The notes beneath the pieces were generated by a model. The model was not told the origin of the DNA. It ran no database searches and was given only the letters and a program-made list of their open reading frames with translations. A stretch of DNA of 64,000 bases, taken from NCBI GenBank assembly GCA_017499595.2, contig CM039008.1, positions 186,001 through 250,000 on the forward strand, read 5' to 3'. Positions 61,800 through 64,000 of this stretch are shown piece by piece. The position numbers and the translations under genes are program-made. How positions within the stretch are numbered: position 1 is the stretch's first letter; every line of letters begins with the position of its first letter. The stretch is from Psilocybe cubensis. Taxonomy: Eukaryota.

Positions 61800-63359
61800 T
61801 TATTTTACTACTACCACTACCACTACTGCTGCTGCTTCTTCTGCCTATCAGAGGAGGCCATGGTGGTAAAAATTAGAACACGACCGTCTTAAGAACCAGG
61901 GTGGCCGTATACCTGGTGGAAGATGCACTATAAACTTGAAGAATGGAACTCTCTTTGGTGCGCGAACGAGGCTCCGGATGGGTGCTATAAGGTCCAACGG
62001 CGCCGACCTTGAATATAATCAGTATGTTTTGATTGTGGTGGGAATGTGTGTGATACGTACCGCCCATGCAACCGTGTGCGATATCAAATTCCATCGAGAA
62101 TGTGAATAAACCGGTCTTTGAGAAAGACGCGTCACTGTATGATGATGATGTTATGAGATTTGAAGCCTGTCCCAAATGCCGTTGGAATATCATTGGGGGA
62201 ATAATTCGCTAAGTTCAGAAGCTTCTTGAGGAATGGTGTACAGCTGGGTATTTATACATAACTGGATAATGTGTCTCATAGCAACGAAAAATCTATTCCA
62301 GCCACTGCGAGTGGCGCAAAAAACTGCACTTTTGGGCAATAATGGCCACAAAGGGCCACCAGTGGCACATTTTCATTTCTTACTTACAAGGTGTAGAATA
62401 ACCAGAGTTTGCATGGACCTGCTGTTTAAGGTATACTAGGTCAATGAATAGTTTGATCGAGCCACAATAATGGCCAGGATACCAGATCAGACAGACGATT
62501 GGTGAGGTTTTCGCCATGGCATCAACGGTAACATATTTCATGGTTTCTGTTGTTATAATGACCTTTGTCTTCATTACGAAGTCGTCGACTCGGTCGACAA
62601 ACGCCTTGCTCGATCCCCACAAATATGCGACGTTAGTCGCGTTAAGCGCTTTATATTGAAATCATGTCCACCGACAAGTGAAATGTCCAAGAGGCCGCAT
62701 AATCCAATATCTTGGTACAACTCAAGATGTTCGCCCACGGAAAGACCCAGACAGGGTTAAACAAAAATCTTGGCAATTTCATTCAATGACGGATCAATCT
62801 ATAATTAACTCTACGATAACCTCGGAATGCGCGCTTTAAAATACACAACGGAAGCAAGGCGAAGGCGAAGGTGATAACGATCATGATGAAGATCCCAATC
62901 CGTCTCACAAGTGCCCACTCCACAAGTATTCTCATTGAACGGTATGGTAAACGTGTCTCTTCTGCATTCGTGTCTCGCATATCTCGTGACAATCCAAGGT
63001 ACTCATTTCACACAGACTTCCAGGATTACCTTCGGAGGCCGTACAAGCCGATGGTTCCCCTCGGTTCCACCCTGGCTTCCATGAATAAGATCCCCTTCTG
63101 AACACAAGTTTAAGTTAGGATCAGTATGCGGTCTGTCGTTCAAAATTGTGTTTGGTATAGCATGGGCTATGAAGAGAAATCCACTTCAGAACATAGCCGT
63201 CGATGTCCGTTTCGATGAGGAAAACCGTGAGTGGGGATGTTTAGACAGCTTAGAGCTGAAAGCAAATTGAGACAACGAGAAACATATAAAGGCGGGAGCC
63301 TGAACTACCCGTCATTCCAGGACATTCTCCAGCGAATACATTCATCCACACATCCATTG

Positions 63360-64000
63360 ATGGCTGCTCAAAGTGCGTAGACTTCTAGGAGATCCTACCA
63401 CTAACGTCACAGTAAAGTCGTCTAATCAAATCGCCCTCCAGACACCTTCAAGTTCGAACGTATCAACAAGGACGATGTCGCGCTGCTTGTCATCGATCAC
63501 CAAGTCGGGCTTTTCCAACTCACTCGCGACATCCAAGCAGATCAATTCCGAAACAATGTCCTCGCCCATGCCGAATTGGCCAAGGTTTTCAACCTCCCAA
63601 CTGTGCTCACCACCAGCGCGGAGACTGGTAAGTAGTACGCCACTTTCCATTCCCCGTCCAACTAATTTCGTAAAAAAACTGATAAATTAACCAATGCACA
63701 CAGGACCCAACGGCCCACTTCCCAAGGAAATCCTCGACATGCATCCTAATGCCCCGCTCATCAAGCGTAATGGTGAGGTCGATGCATGGGACAACGAGGA
63801 TTTCCGCAAGGCCGTGAAGGCCACAGGAAAGAAACAGGTTATTATCGCGGGTATTACCACTGATGTACGTAGTAAACTTCTTGCACTAACTTGCTTCATT
63901 GCCAACTATAAAACTCTGTAATGAATAGGTTTGCACTGCATTCCTTGCATTGTCCCTTCGCGCTGAGGGATACACCGTCTTTGCCAACGCGGAAGCATCT
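63360..64000 (+). CDS. YcaC-like isochorismatase-family hydrolase (runs off the window end)
   Basis: FERINKDDVALLVIDHQVGL...LAKVFNLPTVLTTSAET|GPNGPLPKEI...IKRNGEVDAWDNEDFRKAVKATGKKQVIIAGITTD|VCTAFLALSL, containing the catalytic Asp and Cys. Confidence 0.92.

Overview
Intron-rich fungal DNA, most likely from a mushroom-forming basidiomycete (inferred from the short GT-AG introns and TE types), in a TE-rich region with expanded gene families. The main host features are two multi-exon gene arrays that the ORF track misses. The first is 11 copies (3.1-45.1 kb) of a ~130-aa EutQ-like cupin with a conserved His-rich HPxIEHHDH motif; two copies carry a transposon in the last exon and one is frameshifted. 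The second is 4 copies (46.4-53.5 kb) of a ~220-aa protein of unknown function that all share an exact 11-nt 3'-UTR motif. Other genes: a HET-domain protein, a catalase-related peroxidase, a small secreted protein, VTI1 and a YcaC-like isochorismatase. Mobile elements, each bounded by a target-site duplication (TSD): an intact chromodomain Ty3/Gypsy element, a CpG-decayed Ty3/Gypsy element with a -1 frameshift site, a 3-kb foldback element, two CACTG MITEs and two further TIR elements. The most unusual element is a 1.58-kb LTR mini-retroelement with a Tf1-like self-priming site whose only ORF encodes a KH-domain RNA-binding protein. All alignments were done by eye and no database searches were run.
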